From positions 28,272,001 to 28,336,000 of the forward strand of contig JBHGNT010000002.1 of assembly GCA_043228905.1 (NCBI GenBank): a DNA stretch of 64,000 nucleotides. The letters are read 5' to 3'. A model generated the notes under the pieces. That model worked only from the letters and a program-made list of their open reading frames with translations, had not been told where the DNA came from and did no database searches. Position numbers and translations under genes: made by a program. The stretch comes from Azolla caroliniana. Lineage: Eukaryota; Plantae; Polypodiophyta. Every line of letters begins with the position of its first letter. The stretch's first letter is position 1. Of the stretch, positions 1 to 12,500 are shown piece by piece.

Positions 1-1435
1 CTGGTCAAACAAGGTACTTGTATTGTTATATTATTGATACTGTATGAGCATTGTACAAACATAGTAGAGTCATATTATTGCATAGTAGACATGAAGCATT
101 CATTGTATGAACATAGTGATGAATCATTAGTACCGATAATGTTGCAGTTACTGATTTACATTGAACATTGTCCAAACATATAAACTGAATTATTGTTATT
201 AGTTACAACATTCAAAAGGTTGGCATTGTCCATGGTTATTAATGACCTCAACTTAGCAACTCAACAATAATATTATCAAATAGCATAAAACGATAGATAT
301 AGTAGTAACGCACTAATCAAAGGCACACAAACCTTAGTGAGGCTGGACATCAATATTTTTGGTATTGAGGGGAGTACTTCAAACACTTGCCAAGCCCTTT
401 GTTGCCTTTTAGTTAATATATTTTGTCTACAATGATGGTGACCTCCTTATCAAACTCACCTCTTTTTTCAAAACCAAGTGTAGTATACACACCCCCATTA
501 TCGAGACTTGCCATAGCAACCTCTCACATTGGATTGAGTACCTCAACCACTTGGTTATGATATTTTTCTTGTTTATCCACATATTATGATCATTATCATC
601 ACCTTAACTCATCGTTTTCAGATAACTCATGCATCAATGTATTTTTGAGATACCTTTCATCAACTTTCTTTGTATACAATAGCTGCTAGCTGCTAGTTGA
701 ACAACGTTGGGGACACATTTTGTTTTTCTAAATATTATTAAGTAACAAAAGACTCACCCAAACTTATTGAAAGAGTGGATTTCTCAAGGATAAATGAAGG
801 GATCAATCCATTGTATCTAGCATTTGAGCAAGGGGTTTGTCATGACTTCAATTTGACCTGTTCAAATTATCTCCTTGATGAAGTCACATGCTCACACATA
901 AGTCATGCTTTCTCTCTTTTTCGTGTGTGTTGTGTGTATGTGTGCCTTTTATCTTCGAGTTCTTTATGCAAACTTTCTTTTTCTTGACTAAGTAATGGAG
1001 GGGTTTTAACTTTTAACGATCATTTCAAAATATTGACACTTTTAGATAGGACAAGCTTTTTTGTACAATAATTGAGGAGGATACGAGGCATAGATTCCTT
1101 GCATTTTGAATTAATTGCTTCGCCGTTTGGGCTATTGTGTCATAATTTAGGCATCGCTAACCAAGAAAACATTTGATTGCTCCAAAGGTTTTTCGCATAG
1201 GGAGCTATAGAATTAGAAGATTGTATGTGACACTAGCTTAAATATTGGTGTATGGGTTCAATTAGATTTTGAGAAATGGGTTATTTTCACAACACCTTAA
1301 GAGCAATAACATTCTCAAATTTGCAAGAAATAGGAGACTTTTTGCCAAAGTAGAAATTGACAATGTGAATCATATGGTAATCTTTAGGCATGGGAGGATG
1401 ACAGAGAAAGGGTTATTAAGAGATGGGGAATCATG

Positions 1436-1437
<2 letters not shown>

Positions 1438-1468
<31 letters not shown>
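1438..1468. repeat. (GT)n microsatellite
   Basis: Uninterrupted GT dinucleotide run. Confidence 0.95.
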
Positions 1469-1469
<1 letters not shown>

Positions 1470-1498
1470 TATGTATTGATGGGTTGCCTCTTATGTCT

Positions 1499-1822
1499 TC
1501 TTTTAAATGTAAGGAGTTTTACCATTAGGGAAACAATTTGGATTTGGGAACATATAAGAGATCCATCCTGTTTTGCTTGTTATGCTACTGGAAGTAAGTT
1601 TCCTAAGGCTCAATAAAATTTTGATACTTATACACAAAAAGAAACAATTTCCTAAGGCTCTCTTTTAAATGTAAGGAGTTTTACCATTAGGGAAACAATT
1701 TGGATTTGGAACAGAAAAGAGATCCATCTTGTTTTGCTTGTTATGCTAATGGAAGTAAGTTTCCTAAGGCTCAATAAAATTTTGATACTTATACAAAGAA
1801 AGAAACAATTTCCTAAGGCTCA
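1499..1822. repeat. Tandem direct duplication, about 162 bp x2
   Basis: TCTTTTAAATGTAAGGAGTTTTACCATTAGGGAAACAATTTGGATTTG... begins at about 1499 and again at about 1661; the units are nearly identical. Confidence 0.9.
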
Positions 1823-3605
1823 ATATTCAGCTCTCTGTCACAAATCCAATTGCCCGATCTTTGGTTTCAATATAGAAAACAACTTAATTTTCTTCAAAGG
1901 TTTGATGGGATAGATCTTGTGCATGCATGGGCTGAAATCCAAAATGAATGTAGCTAGGTTCAAGTTTTCCCACGGTACACATTATTATAATTAAGGACCC
2001 TTGATAACACCACCAAACGATCCAACTTAGCACGACTAGTGTGTGGCTCAAATAAGCTCCTATGTGCAGTCATGCGTAATTTCGTATATTGCTTGAAATG
2101 CACACACCACAACAAAATGCTTGGACATGCTCATATCATGATTTCCTTGAACATCATGGATCCGATTTGGTTCCCTTATGATCTACATTATTGAATTTGG
2201 TTCATGAAATTTGAATACTATAATCCCAATATGACCCTTGGGTTTTTTTGATAGAGTTCTACTGCATCAATACGATTCCGAGGAAATTTTAGTTTTACCT
2301 TCATTTGCAAAACATGCACAAAGGCCAAACTTTTCAGAAGTCCACACCACTATAAAAGACTAAAGGCCACTAGGGCAAATTGGCCTACATTTACCATGAC
2401 TTCAACTTACTCTATTCAAATTGAGTCACATGCATCTCATTATCATTTAGTGAGTGCATGTGCTTTTCATTTTGTTAAGTTATTTATGCACACTTTCTTT
2501 TTCTTCGAGGATAACAAGTTATGTTCCCAAGTTTGCTCATGAGTACATACATGGCCAATTTAACCACTACGTTTTTCAATATGCTAGCATAAGCCAATAT
2601 ATCGAAATTGCCAATTATTTGAGAGAAAACACATGAAAATAAATGTAGTCATTCAATGTTGTTGAGATATCAAGCTCAACTAGTTTAATCTAGTTAGTCA
2701 ACACATGTAACTTAGTAGTTACCTAGATCGAATCTAGTTAATTATGTGTTGACCTTAAGCCTTTAAACAGGACCTTGTACTTAAGTGGGATATTCTAGAT
2801 CCTCCACTCCTTAGTACATTTAATGTAGGACTTACACATAAGTACCTATGTTCTACCCACACATGTGCACCTTTGCACATGGGTTGTATATATACCTCAT
2901 TGTGGGTATTTTTGTATGTTGATGACACTTTTCAATATAGTCAATCATCCCCCATTTATCTTCGTGTTCATAAGTGTAACTTCCTCTCTCTCTCTCTCTT
3001 CCTCTCACACACTCTCACGTGCATATCATACTAATCTTTCGCTGCTTAACGTAACCATATAATTAGTCTCTAATTAACCCTAGTTAATTACCTAATTACT
3101 TAACAAATGTCCTAGGTTCATCACCTTCATTTGACATGAATGTCTTCTAGGCTATTAGTGATTTTACAAAGAGTGTAGATACTATATATATCTACATATA
3201 TGACAACTATTTACTATGTTTATTCTTTGAAAGAAACCAAGGATACTTGACACGGACTGTGAACACCAATGTTTTTAGTTATCCTTTCAAATACAACAAT
3301 CATTTCAATTTCAAGGATCGTTTTTAACAACTATTTAGGTTGAACTACCTTCAAAGACAGTGTCGATCTTGATAACAACTAATTGACCACCCTCGATAAC
3401 ATGCATATACACACAATCTTTACTAGTGACTCGTTTCTTAAAATTGTTTGCTTAAATTCAAGGTTGAATAAAACAACCAATTGTAAATAGAATAGACATG
3501 TAAAAGAAACACGACATTGTTTGTATCTCATCTTTTAGTAACCCATATTGATCACGTGCATAAAAAAAAAAGACAATTTCCTTAAGCTGACCATTTTGAA
3601 GGAGA

Positions 3606-3830
3606 AAAATGTTAATGTGTATGATCTTGACACATTCATTGTATACCCACCTTTGGTACAAGCAATATCACAATCCATTGCGATTGTGCTCTGTATGCAA
3701 AGTAATGCAACATGTGCAGGAGAAGATGTTAATGTGTATGATCTTGACCCATTCATTGTATACCCATCTTTGGTACAAGCAATACCACAATCCATTGCGA
3801 TTGTGCTTTGTTTGTATGCAAAGTAATGTT
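3606..3830. repeat. Tandem direct duplication, 117 bp x2
   Basis: ATGTTAATGTGTATGATCTTGAC occurs at 3609 and 3726. This explains the repeated peptides in the overlapping spurious ORFs. Confidence 0.9.
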
Positions 3831-4324
3831 ATTGTTTTTCCACTTTGTGGAGAAAATTACGTCGTCAATTCGCATCGGAAAACACAAACTTTATTAATAA
3901 CATAAACCAAAGCTACTTATCTTTGATTTGAGAACAATCCACATAAAACCTTTTTTGTAACCAAAGAATAACCTAGTAAGTTGACAATGAGACAAGATGG
4001 ACAAGTGAAAGCGTTAACATGGTTCTATATAAGGCAATAATTCAAACAAAGCAAATATTATGCAATAGAGGTTGAAGCTACTTTAACGAGAAATCGCGGT
4101 GTCCAACATGTACATTGTGTGTGCGTGTGTGTAGAGAGAGAGACATAGAGAGAAGGGGGGGGGGGGGGGGTTATGGGGCCAAATGCCATTTTTATAAGTG
4201 ACTAGCAATCTTTTGTATCATTGCTTCCATTGAGTGTCTTGGATGGCTATCATTGAACGTTTAAGAAGAATGTACAATACACCACGAATGGTGGTAGATC
4301 TTAAAATGTAGTTAGTATTCTAAT

Positions 4325-4860
4325 TTGCCACTTGTAGCAAAGGTCTACATTTGGAGAGTTTTGATTGGGGGATTGCCTTTGGGATTAGCTCTAAAGCGAC
4401 TGGAAGATAGTACTCATCATTTTATACAATTTCTGATTGCTTGTCAAATTTGGAGTTACGTTTGTCAAATTTGGCAAGTTTTATCGCGATGTTATTTGAT
4501 GCCTAGACAATGGGTGTTTGCACAATTTATACAAAGTTCACCCAAATTTAGAGATGAAGATTGTTTTCCTATTCCTAAGGTATTGGGAATTGCGTCATAA
4601 TTGGGATATGCGCAATCCCTTTGTATTTAATAGTAGGCATGGAGTGAACACATATCTACGAAAGTTGGCGGGAGCACTAATGTGGCAATTTTCTTTATTA
4701 GAGCAAGTGGAAATTCTTCTATCATTGGAGTGTTTGTCTTTCAAATTGGCAATTCAACATGTTCCACTACCCATGTAGTTAGTGGGTGACCATACATATT
4801 CTATTGTGACACCCATTGTAACTTGTGTTTTTCACACACATTTATTAATATAATTCCGTG
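4325..4860 (+). mobile_element. Degenerate LINE (L1-like) ORF2 3' fragment (zf-RVT region)
   Basis: The translations KVYIWRVLIGGLP..EDSTHHF..C.IW and, in a second frame, W..W..RN.FVF resemble plant L1 ORF2 C-termini and the LINE ORF at 44940. The fragment is frameshifted. Confidence 0.6.
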
Positions 4861-5669
4861 TTTTGACCGAAAGAGAGGGAGAGAGAGAGATTGGTTAATG
4901 CGTCTTTTTGGTTCACTTTGCAAGAGACACGCATGCCCTACTAGGATTCATGTACATTCGAGGAGAAGTTGGTAAAGCTTTTAAAACTCTAGTGTTGTGT
5001 ATCTCTTGTATACTATCAAATTAGGATATTGAAGAGAGAATTAGGAATCCAATTAGAAAGTTTAACTTTTCAAATAAAAAGAGGTTGATTGGTAATGTGT
5101 GTAAAATCCTCCCATTTAATAAAGATATCCATGTTTTGAGAAATATAGTGGAAGTTTTAGAGAGTAAAATGCTAACTTTATAAAGCAAGAAAGTACACCA
5201 TACAATAAATATTCTTATAGAATGGCCAAAATTTTGAACATAAAGCTACTTGGACGTGGCTCAAAACAAACCTTGGAAAAAGAGAAACCAATACCACGAA
5301 TTGATGAAAGAAATAAAGTCATATTTATGTGGAGAGAATTGCAGATGCGTACATAAAAATGTCAACCACACCAATCATTACACCCTTGGAGGGATGCACT
5401 TTGACAAGCTTGAAGACTATGGAAGCGGTTGGTGCTCTAATGTGCACGCGCACATGCATTCAAAGATTTTACGTCCACGGAATAACTAAGATGGCATGTC
5501 ATATTACAAAAAGTTTGATACCCTAATACTAACAGAGAGCATTTCCATGGAGATGCATGGGATCACATGCAAAATTAATCGAGGGAGAGAGGGAGAATGA
5601 ATGAATACAAAACCACACGATTTGAGTGAGAGGCACTTCCCCATTCCGCGATGGATACTATATGTACCT

Positions 5670-5671
<2 letters not shown>

Positions 5672-5705
<34 letters not shown>
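5672..5705. repeat. (GA)n microsatellite
   Basis: Direct GA run. Confidence 0.95.
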
Positions 5706-5707
<2 letters not shown>

Positions 5708-5907
5708 GTTGGTGGCAAGCTAAATAAAGTAGAGGGAGAAGGAGAGCACCCACGACAAAGGGAGGCGAAAAGAGAGGTGATGTCTCCTTTGCAAAGAGAC
5801 AAAGGGATCTCAAGAGAGGGATAGAAATGGTGACATCTTGAGAGAAAGAAAGACACATTACTATCTCATCAAGAAGAGGCCTAGTGTGGTGGGGTTACAA
5901 CGAGAGG

Positions 5908-6200
5908 GAGAAAGAAAGATATATTAACGTCTTCTAAGACCAAAATTGGCCCATGAGACAATCGGTTTACAAAAAAAATGGGGTTTTTACCCATTTATCG
6001 AGAAAGAAAGAAAGATATATTAACGTCTTCTAAGGACAAAATTGGCCCATGAGACAATTGGTTCACAACAAAAAATGGGGTTTTTACCCATTTATCGAGA
6101 AAGAAAAAAAGATATATTAACGTCTTCTAAGGCCAAAATTGGCCCATGAGACAATTGGTTTACAACAAAAAATGGGATATTTACCCATTCATCGAAAGTA
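5908..6200. repeat. Tandem repeat, about 97 bp x3, in the upstream region of the PES-like gene
   Basis: ATTAACGTCTTCTAAG..AAAATTGGCCCATGAGACAAT recurs at about 5923, 6019 and 6116. Confidence 0.9.
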
Positions 6201-6588
6201 AAAAATAAAAATAAAAATAGAGTTTTAAGCTAAATGGGTCTAGTAAAAAAAACATGTTTTATAAGGAATGTTCTATAAGGAGAGATAGAGAGATGTCCAC
6301 CCTCCACCCAGCTAAATGTCCACCCACATGGCCATAGGATATAGCCATGGCCAACAACTATATAACAATTCAATCGAATGAGAGGAGGAGATCACAAGGA
6401 AATACGTATGTATGTACGTATACGTATACGTATACCTGTATTTGTGTATGTACGTATGTATGTATGACATCCCATACGCACTCTCTCTCTAGACGCGCTC
6501 TCTCTCTCTCAGATTCCTCTCATTGCTCCATCGTTTCTCTCTCTCTCTCTCTCTCTCTCTCTGCTTCTGTGTGTGTGTCTGTGTTTCA

Positions 6589-9500
6589 ATGGAAACCTTC
6601 CATTGCCAGCCATTGGGTGGGTTCTCCATGGTGATTAATCGCCAGATAGTGGTCCGCCCACGCCTGCCTTCCCTCTTCAGAGTCCCTGCCCCTGCCCCTG
6701 CTCCTGCTCTCTCCAAATCCTCATCATTCTCAACCAGAATCGCTGCCATCCTCTCCAAAGAAGATGGACAGAATACCTCCAAATCCCCCAACAATGGTGC
6801 TGCCATTTCATCATCACCATCACTAAGGCCATCTTCTACAACACCATCGGCATCAGCATCAGCATCAGCATCTTTGTCATTAGCATCAGAATCATTGCCA
6901 TTAGCATCATCACCATCATCACCATCACCATCACCACTCTCAACTTCATTACCATCACCATCGTCCACACCATCACCATCACCATCACCATCACCATCGC
7001 CATCGCCATCGCCATCACCACCATCACCATCGCCATTATCAAGTTCTTCAACTTTGGCAGATTCTCCTAGTATAGTTAGAGGGGTGCAGGATTACATGGA
7101 TCGCGTCCCAAGTCTCATATCCAGCAGCGGGCCCACTACTCAACCTCGATGGTTCTGCCCCCTTGAATCCGGAACACCGCCTGACGGCTCACCACTTCTT
7201 CTCTTCCTTCCCGGTATTATTTCACCAAGTAACCCTTTGGCTTATTTTTGCATCGCTACTTGCATTAAACAGGGAAGAATGAAAGACAGGGCGAACTAAG
7301 CAGCCCTTCAGTGCGAAACCTAGAACCATTTGAAAATGTCGTACATACAATGGCTTAGCTAGTCAGCTCGCCACTTCCAAAAATTTGTCATTCGAACATG
7401 TACTCATACAATGGCGTCACATTCACCACTGGAATATGCAAATTCGTGGTGTTCTTAGCTTCTCAAATCAGATTTTGCATTTTGCTTTCTAAACCTTATG
7501 GGCTTTATTTTGTGTGCAGGTATGGATGGCACTGGGCTTGGGATAATCGGGCATTTTGAATCCCTTGGACGGTAAGATTTTCCTGAACGTGATGTTTATG
7601 CAATGAAGTTGTACTCTCCCTGGAGTCTCACTAAAGTTAAGGCTGGTTATGAGTATTTTTTTTTTTTTTTTGGGATTTTCAGAATGTTTGAAGTTCGGTG
7701 TCTGCATATTCCTGTTGCTGATCGAACTCCTTTTGAAGGTCTAATGTTCATCTCCTTAGACTTTGATCCATGAAAACTGTTATTATTTACACAAATTTTA
7801 GCAAGTGTTAATAAGACTGATGGATAATACTGCTCACAAAGGCCAAATTTAGCACAGTAATGCAAACAAATGCTGAATTAGAATTTAATTCGCTTATGAG
7901 GCAATCCTTTAATATTACATCTTGATATTTTTCTGATATTTGTTTCTGCGATGCAATGGAAACGCCTCTTAAGAGGATTCAAAGGCTCTAATTCGTTTTT
8001 CATTGGATGGTAGGAATGTTCATTAACACATTACCCGTCACAAAAGCATTCATCAAGTCAAACATATCATAACGCTTGGGATTACTGATAAAAATTTATG
8101 TTTTCACCACATAGCTTAAATTCCATGTAAAATTAAAGTCATTGAAATGTCTCCATTGGAATGTTAAAACTGCAAGCTCAAAGTAGGCCAAGCCATTATC
8201 CTCCCTTTTTCTTCCTAGCGTGACAATGGTTAATTATGACACTTGGAGCAACTGCTGCAACGTATCCAATTTTATACTTTGGAGGAAATAAGGGCTCTCA
8301 CAGGATGTACGATCGTTCCAAGAAGAATGCATAGTGGGGTTTCTGTGTACGCTGGCATGAGATTGGTTCCATTACCAGGCATTGCTATTGCATCCAAACA
8401 TATTACTGGGGAATTTCAGCTGTGCTAAAAGAAAAATAGATTTTTTGCTATAATTTAAGCGTGTGTGCAGCAATGAAACAGAGCCACACAGATTTCAGTA
8501 GGTGTCAGTTACTATTGGAAGTTGGTTCCTAGGATTAGAATGCATAGTGGGGTTTCTCTGTACGCTGGCACGAGATTGGTTCCAATTACCAGGCATTGCT
8601 ATTACATTCACACGTGTTACTGGGGAATTTCACCTGTGCTAAAGGACAAAGGGTTTTTTTTTTGCTATAATTCAAGCCTATGTAGATAGATCTTTTTAAA
8701 AAAAACCTTTAGGAGATGCATAAGTAATGTCCAATTGCCTGTGCACGGGTTTGTAATGGTCTAAAAAAATGAATCAGTATGTGATAGATCAATTTTTTAA
8801 AAAAACATTTAGGAGATGCATCAGTAATGTGTCGTAGAAAAATGGAGGATCCAATGCGTGTTTTGTAAATTGCATTTAGGTAGAGAGAATGATGTGCATG
8901 CTGGTAATGCTATAAAAAATATTGACTTTAATTTTACTTGTTTTTAGAAATACAAGCATTGGTATTAAGTACCAAGTAAGGGGAAAACACAAGTTTTGAA
9001 ATAGAGAAAGGCTTTGTAAAATATTGCGTTTTATGCCATGTTTTCTGCAGCCTTGATTAAGATTGTTGAAGACGTCGTACTGTTGGAAAGCCGCAAAGCA
9101 CCATCAAAACCTATTTATCTGGTTGGGGATTCTTTGGGTGGAGCTCTTGCATTGGCAGTTGCTTCTAGAAACCCCAAAGTGGACCTTGTACTTGTATTGG
9201 TGAATCCGGGTAAATACATTTTATTTCATTGTTTCTAGTTATGCAGAATTAGTATATTAGTATTGCTTCAAAAGTTCAGATTAACAATTTTCAAAGTTTT
9301 TCCGTTTCAATAACTTCAAAAACTTTAAGGTGTATTTTACTGAAGACTGAAACAAATATGGTTTTAAAGAAAAAGTTAGGCTGATTTATAAACTTTTTGG
9401 AATCACCTCTGACAAAAAAGAAACCATGGTTTGTTTTTGGGATACAGCCACATCCTTCGAGAATAGCCAGCTTCAACCATTGTTGCCGCTTATGGATTTT

Positions 9501-12500
9501 TTACCTGATCAAATCTATCAAGCAGTTCCATATCTTTTGAGCTTCACAATGGGTATGATTTCTCAAAACTTCTTGGGTCACATGACACGTACATAGAAAG
9601 TTTGGACATGAATTTGAATAATGAGTGCACATACATTGTTGAGATAACGAATCTTGATTTGTTGCAAAATAGAAAACTAGTTTTGCGCATCATCATCAAA
9701 TTGTTTTTCATGACTAATATTTTAGAATAACATTTTGTACTGTTTTACTACATTTTTTCTTTTCCAAATGAAGGTACTACATTAGCATGAAGAAGCACCC
9801 TAAGGCTGTACATGAAATATGAACATATAGGTAATTACGCCCATGTTCTACTACTTTTTTGTAGGAGATCCAATTCGAATGGCACGTGCAACTGTTGAAA
9901 AGAAACTCTCAGATGTAGATAAAGCCCTGGCGTTACGTGACAATCTAGTTGGATTACTGCCGACACTTTCAGTTTGTCTCTCTCTTTCTCATTTATTATT
10001 GTCGTAATGAGCTTGTCTCAGCGGTAGAGCTATAGGTTTCAACATTGGCTGTGTGTTCAAAGCCTTATTTTCACGCATCTTATTTACACCATAGGTCACT
10101 TCTCCTAAACTACATGCCACATCGATGTGTGGGTCCCCGAACAGTAGATGCAATTGTTCCAACTATGCCCCCTATTGGCTTTCTCTCTCTCTGAATAAGA
10201 AAATAGTGATTTCCAAAAATTGTAACCTACAAAGAGATAGACAAATCAAATGTAAACATAAGAGACAAATTTTGATGATATGGAGGTGTAAAAGAAAAAA
10301 AAAAGTGAAAAAAAGGCCATAGGATATGAGAAACAGTTTAAAAAAAAGTAAAAACCAAGTCATTCCATAAATTCATAATTAGTTGGAGTGAACTGCACTT
10401 CTATATCTATTATTGTGATCCTTTAGCCCGCCTTCAAATGCAATATATCATGTAGCAAATTCTTTATGTTGCTATGTTTTGCATTAAGTTCCCCTCAATA
10501 TTTTTCTTTCTCAAATGGCAGGTTCTTGCTGATATTCTGCCTAAAGAGGCATTGCTTTGGAAGATAAATCTGTTGACTTCAGCTGCATTGTATACTAATT
10601 CTAGGCTTCATGCAGTTCAAGCAGAGGTACTCTTGTTGGTGAGGTGGGTTTTCATGTTAGTTTTGACATTTAACTTAATTATGTTAGCAATTCACTTCTA
10701 GAAGTTAAAGGGTGAATGTTCTCATTTGTTAAGATTGTTAGAAAGTGTTCATAGCCATCTATCATCTGTGAATAGTATGGTCTTACAAAATTATAAGTTC
10801 TGGCGTAATTTATTGTGATTTTGCGAAATATTTTTTACTAGACATTATCTTATTTGGAGATTGTGTAAAGAAATGCAAACAGTGTAGATATCTTGTTAGA
10901 AATCATACCCAAGTAGGGTTGCAATCTGGTTATACAAGGATATGGATGGTATGTCCCCCGTAGTATTCATGCTCTGTTCGTCCTTTACTTTTCTTTATGA
11001 CAGTGGGAAAGATCAAATGTTACCAAGCAGTGATGAAGCCAAACGACTCAAGAAAATTCTGAAAAAATGCACTGTTCGGTATTATAAAGATTCTGGCCAC
11101 ACATTATTATTGGTCAGTGTACTGTCTTTTCTGTTTTCTTGGATGAATGAAATCGTTGGGTTTTGTCTAAAATTTCTGCATATATGAAATAAAAACAGGA
11201 GGACAGCATGGATTTGGGAACTGTAATTCGTGGAGCTAAGCTTTATCGTAGATCATCAAAGTTTGATGCTGTGTCTGATTTCATAGCTCCAACAAGAAAG
11301 GAATTTGGTGAGGCCTACGAACGAAACAGGTAGTGGAGTTTCCTGTTAATGTTATGATAATGAACTTTACTATGTTTCAATAGGATTCTAATAGATGTAG
11401 AGAATGAAACAAAGCTTTTTATGCTTGTACCGTCAATGCAATTTATGATGTAGTGGCTCTTTTCATTTATGTTAACGACAGGTAGTGGAGTTTCCCATTA
11501 ATGTTATGCTAATGAACTTTACTATGTTTCAATAGGATTATAATAGATGTAGAGTATGAAACAGAGTTTTTTATGCATGTAATGTTGATACAATTTATGA
11601 TGGAGTGGATCTTTTCATTTTTGTTAGCGAAACAGGTAGTGGAGTTTACTATTCATGTTAAGATAATGAACTTTACTATGTTTCAATTGATTTAGTGTTG
11701 AGTAGACGTACAGAATGAAACAGAGCTTCTTATGCACGTAATGTTGATGAAATTTATGTAGTAACTCTTTTCGTTCATGTTATGGTAATATTCTTTCTTG
11801 TGTTTGAATAACATTCTAATACTTTTAGAAAAAAAGAAAGCCAAATCAAGAGGAAGAAAAATAAACAATGAAAAACAAAACGTGTATACACTTATGCACA
11901 CCATTATATTTTCCTTTATACCGATCAATAACCAGCTTTTGGTTGTCCAAATCCTTTTCTGAACTCTATTTGTAAACTAAAATATTTCCGTTTTCTTCTT
12001 TTATTTATGTATTTGAAGGCTTTTGCGAAGGATGACGAGTCCTGTATTTCTATCAAAGATGGAGGGTGGGAAGATTGTTCAGGGTTTATCTGGAGTTCCA
12101 AATGATAGACCAGTCCTTCTTGTCGGATACCACATGCTGATGGGGCTAGAGTTATCATTACTTGTGAGTGAGCTTTTGAAGGAGAATCGGGTGGTTCGTG
12201 GTGCTGCACATCCGATTCTATTCTCCCCTGCCCTGGAAGGTGACCTACCTGAGCCTGGATTCAATGATGATATTATTATCTTTGGGGCTTTACCTGCAAG
12301 AAACAAAAGTTTTATAAAAGCCTTGGCCAGTGGGCACTCTATTCTCCTATATCCTGGTGGAGCTCGGGAGGCACTTCACCGCAAGGTTTGTTAGGATTTT
12401 TTTTCCTTTTTTTCTTCTTTTATCTTAACTTCTTCTACACATTCTCTCCAGATTTTGTTATTTTTTTTCATCTTAATTTCTATATGTTTGCAACTATTAC

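Noticed and set aside
3458-3905. Four overlapping ORFs with internal peptide repeats
   Set aside because: They are fully explained by a 117-bp tandem DNA duplication and show no protein-family motifs.
5908-6200. Possible CRISPR-like array (also 11322-11790 and the short repeats near 60312-60361)
   Set aside because: The units repeat along their whole length with no unique spacers. The context is eukaryotic and no cas genes are present.
6489-7051. Minus-strand Asp/Gly-rich and Met/Val-rich ORFs
   Set aside because: They are reverse-complement readings of the CCATCA/GCATCA repeats in PES exon 1.
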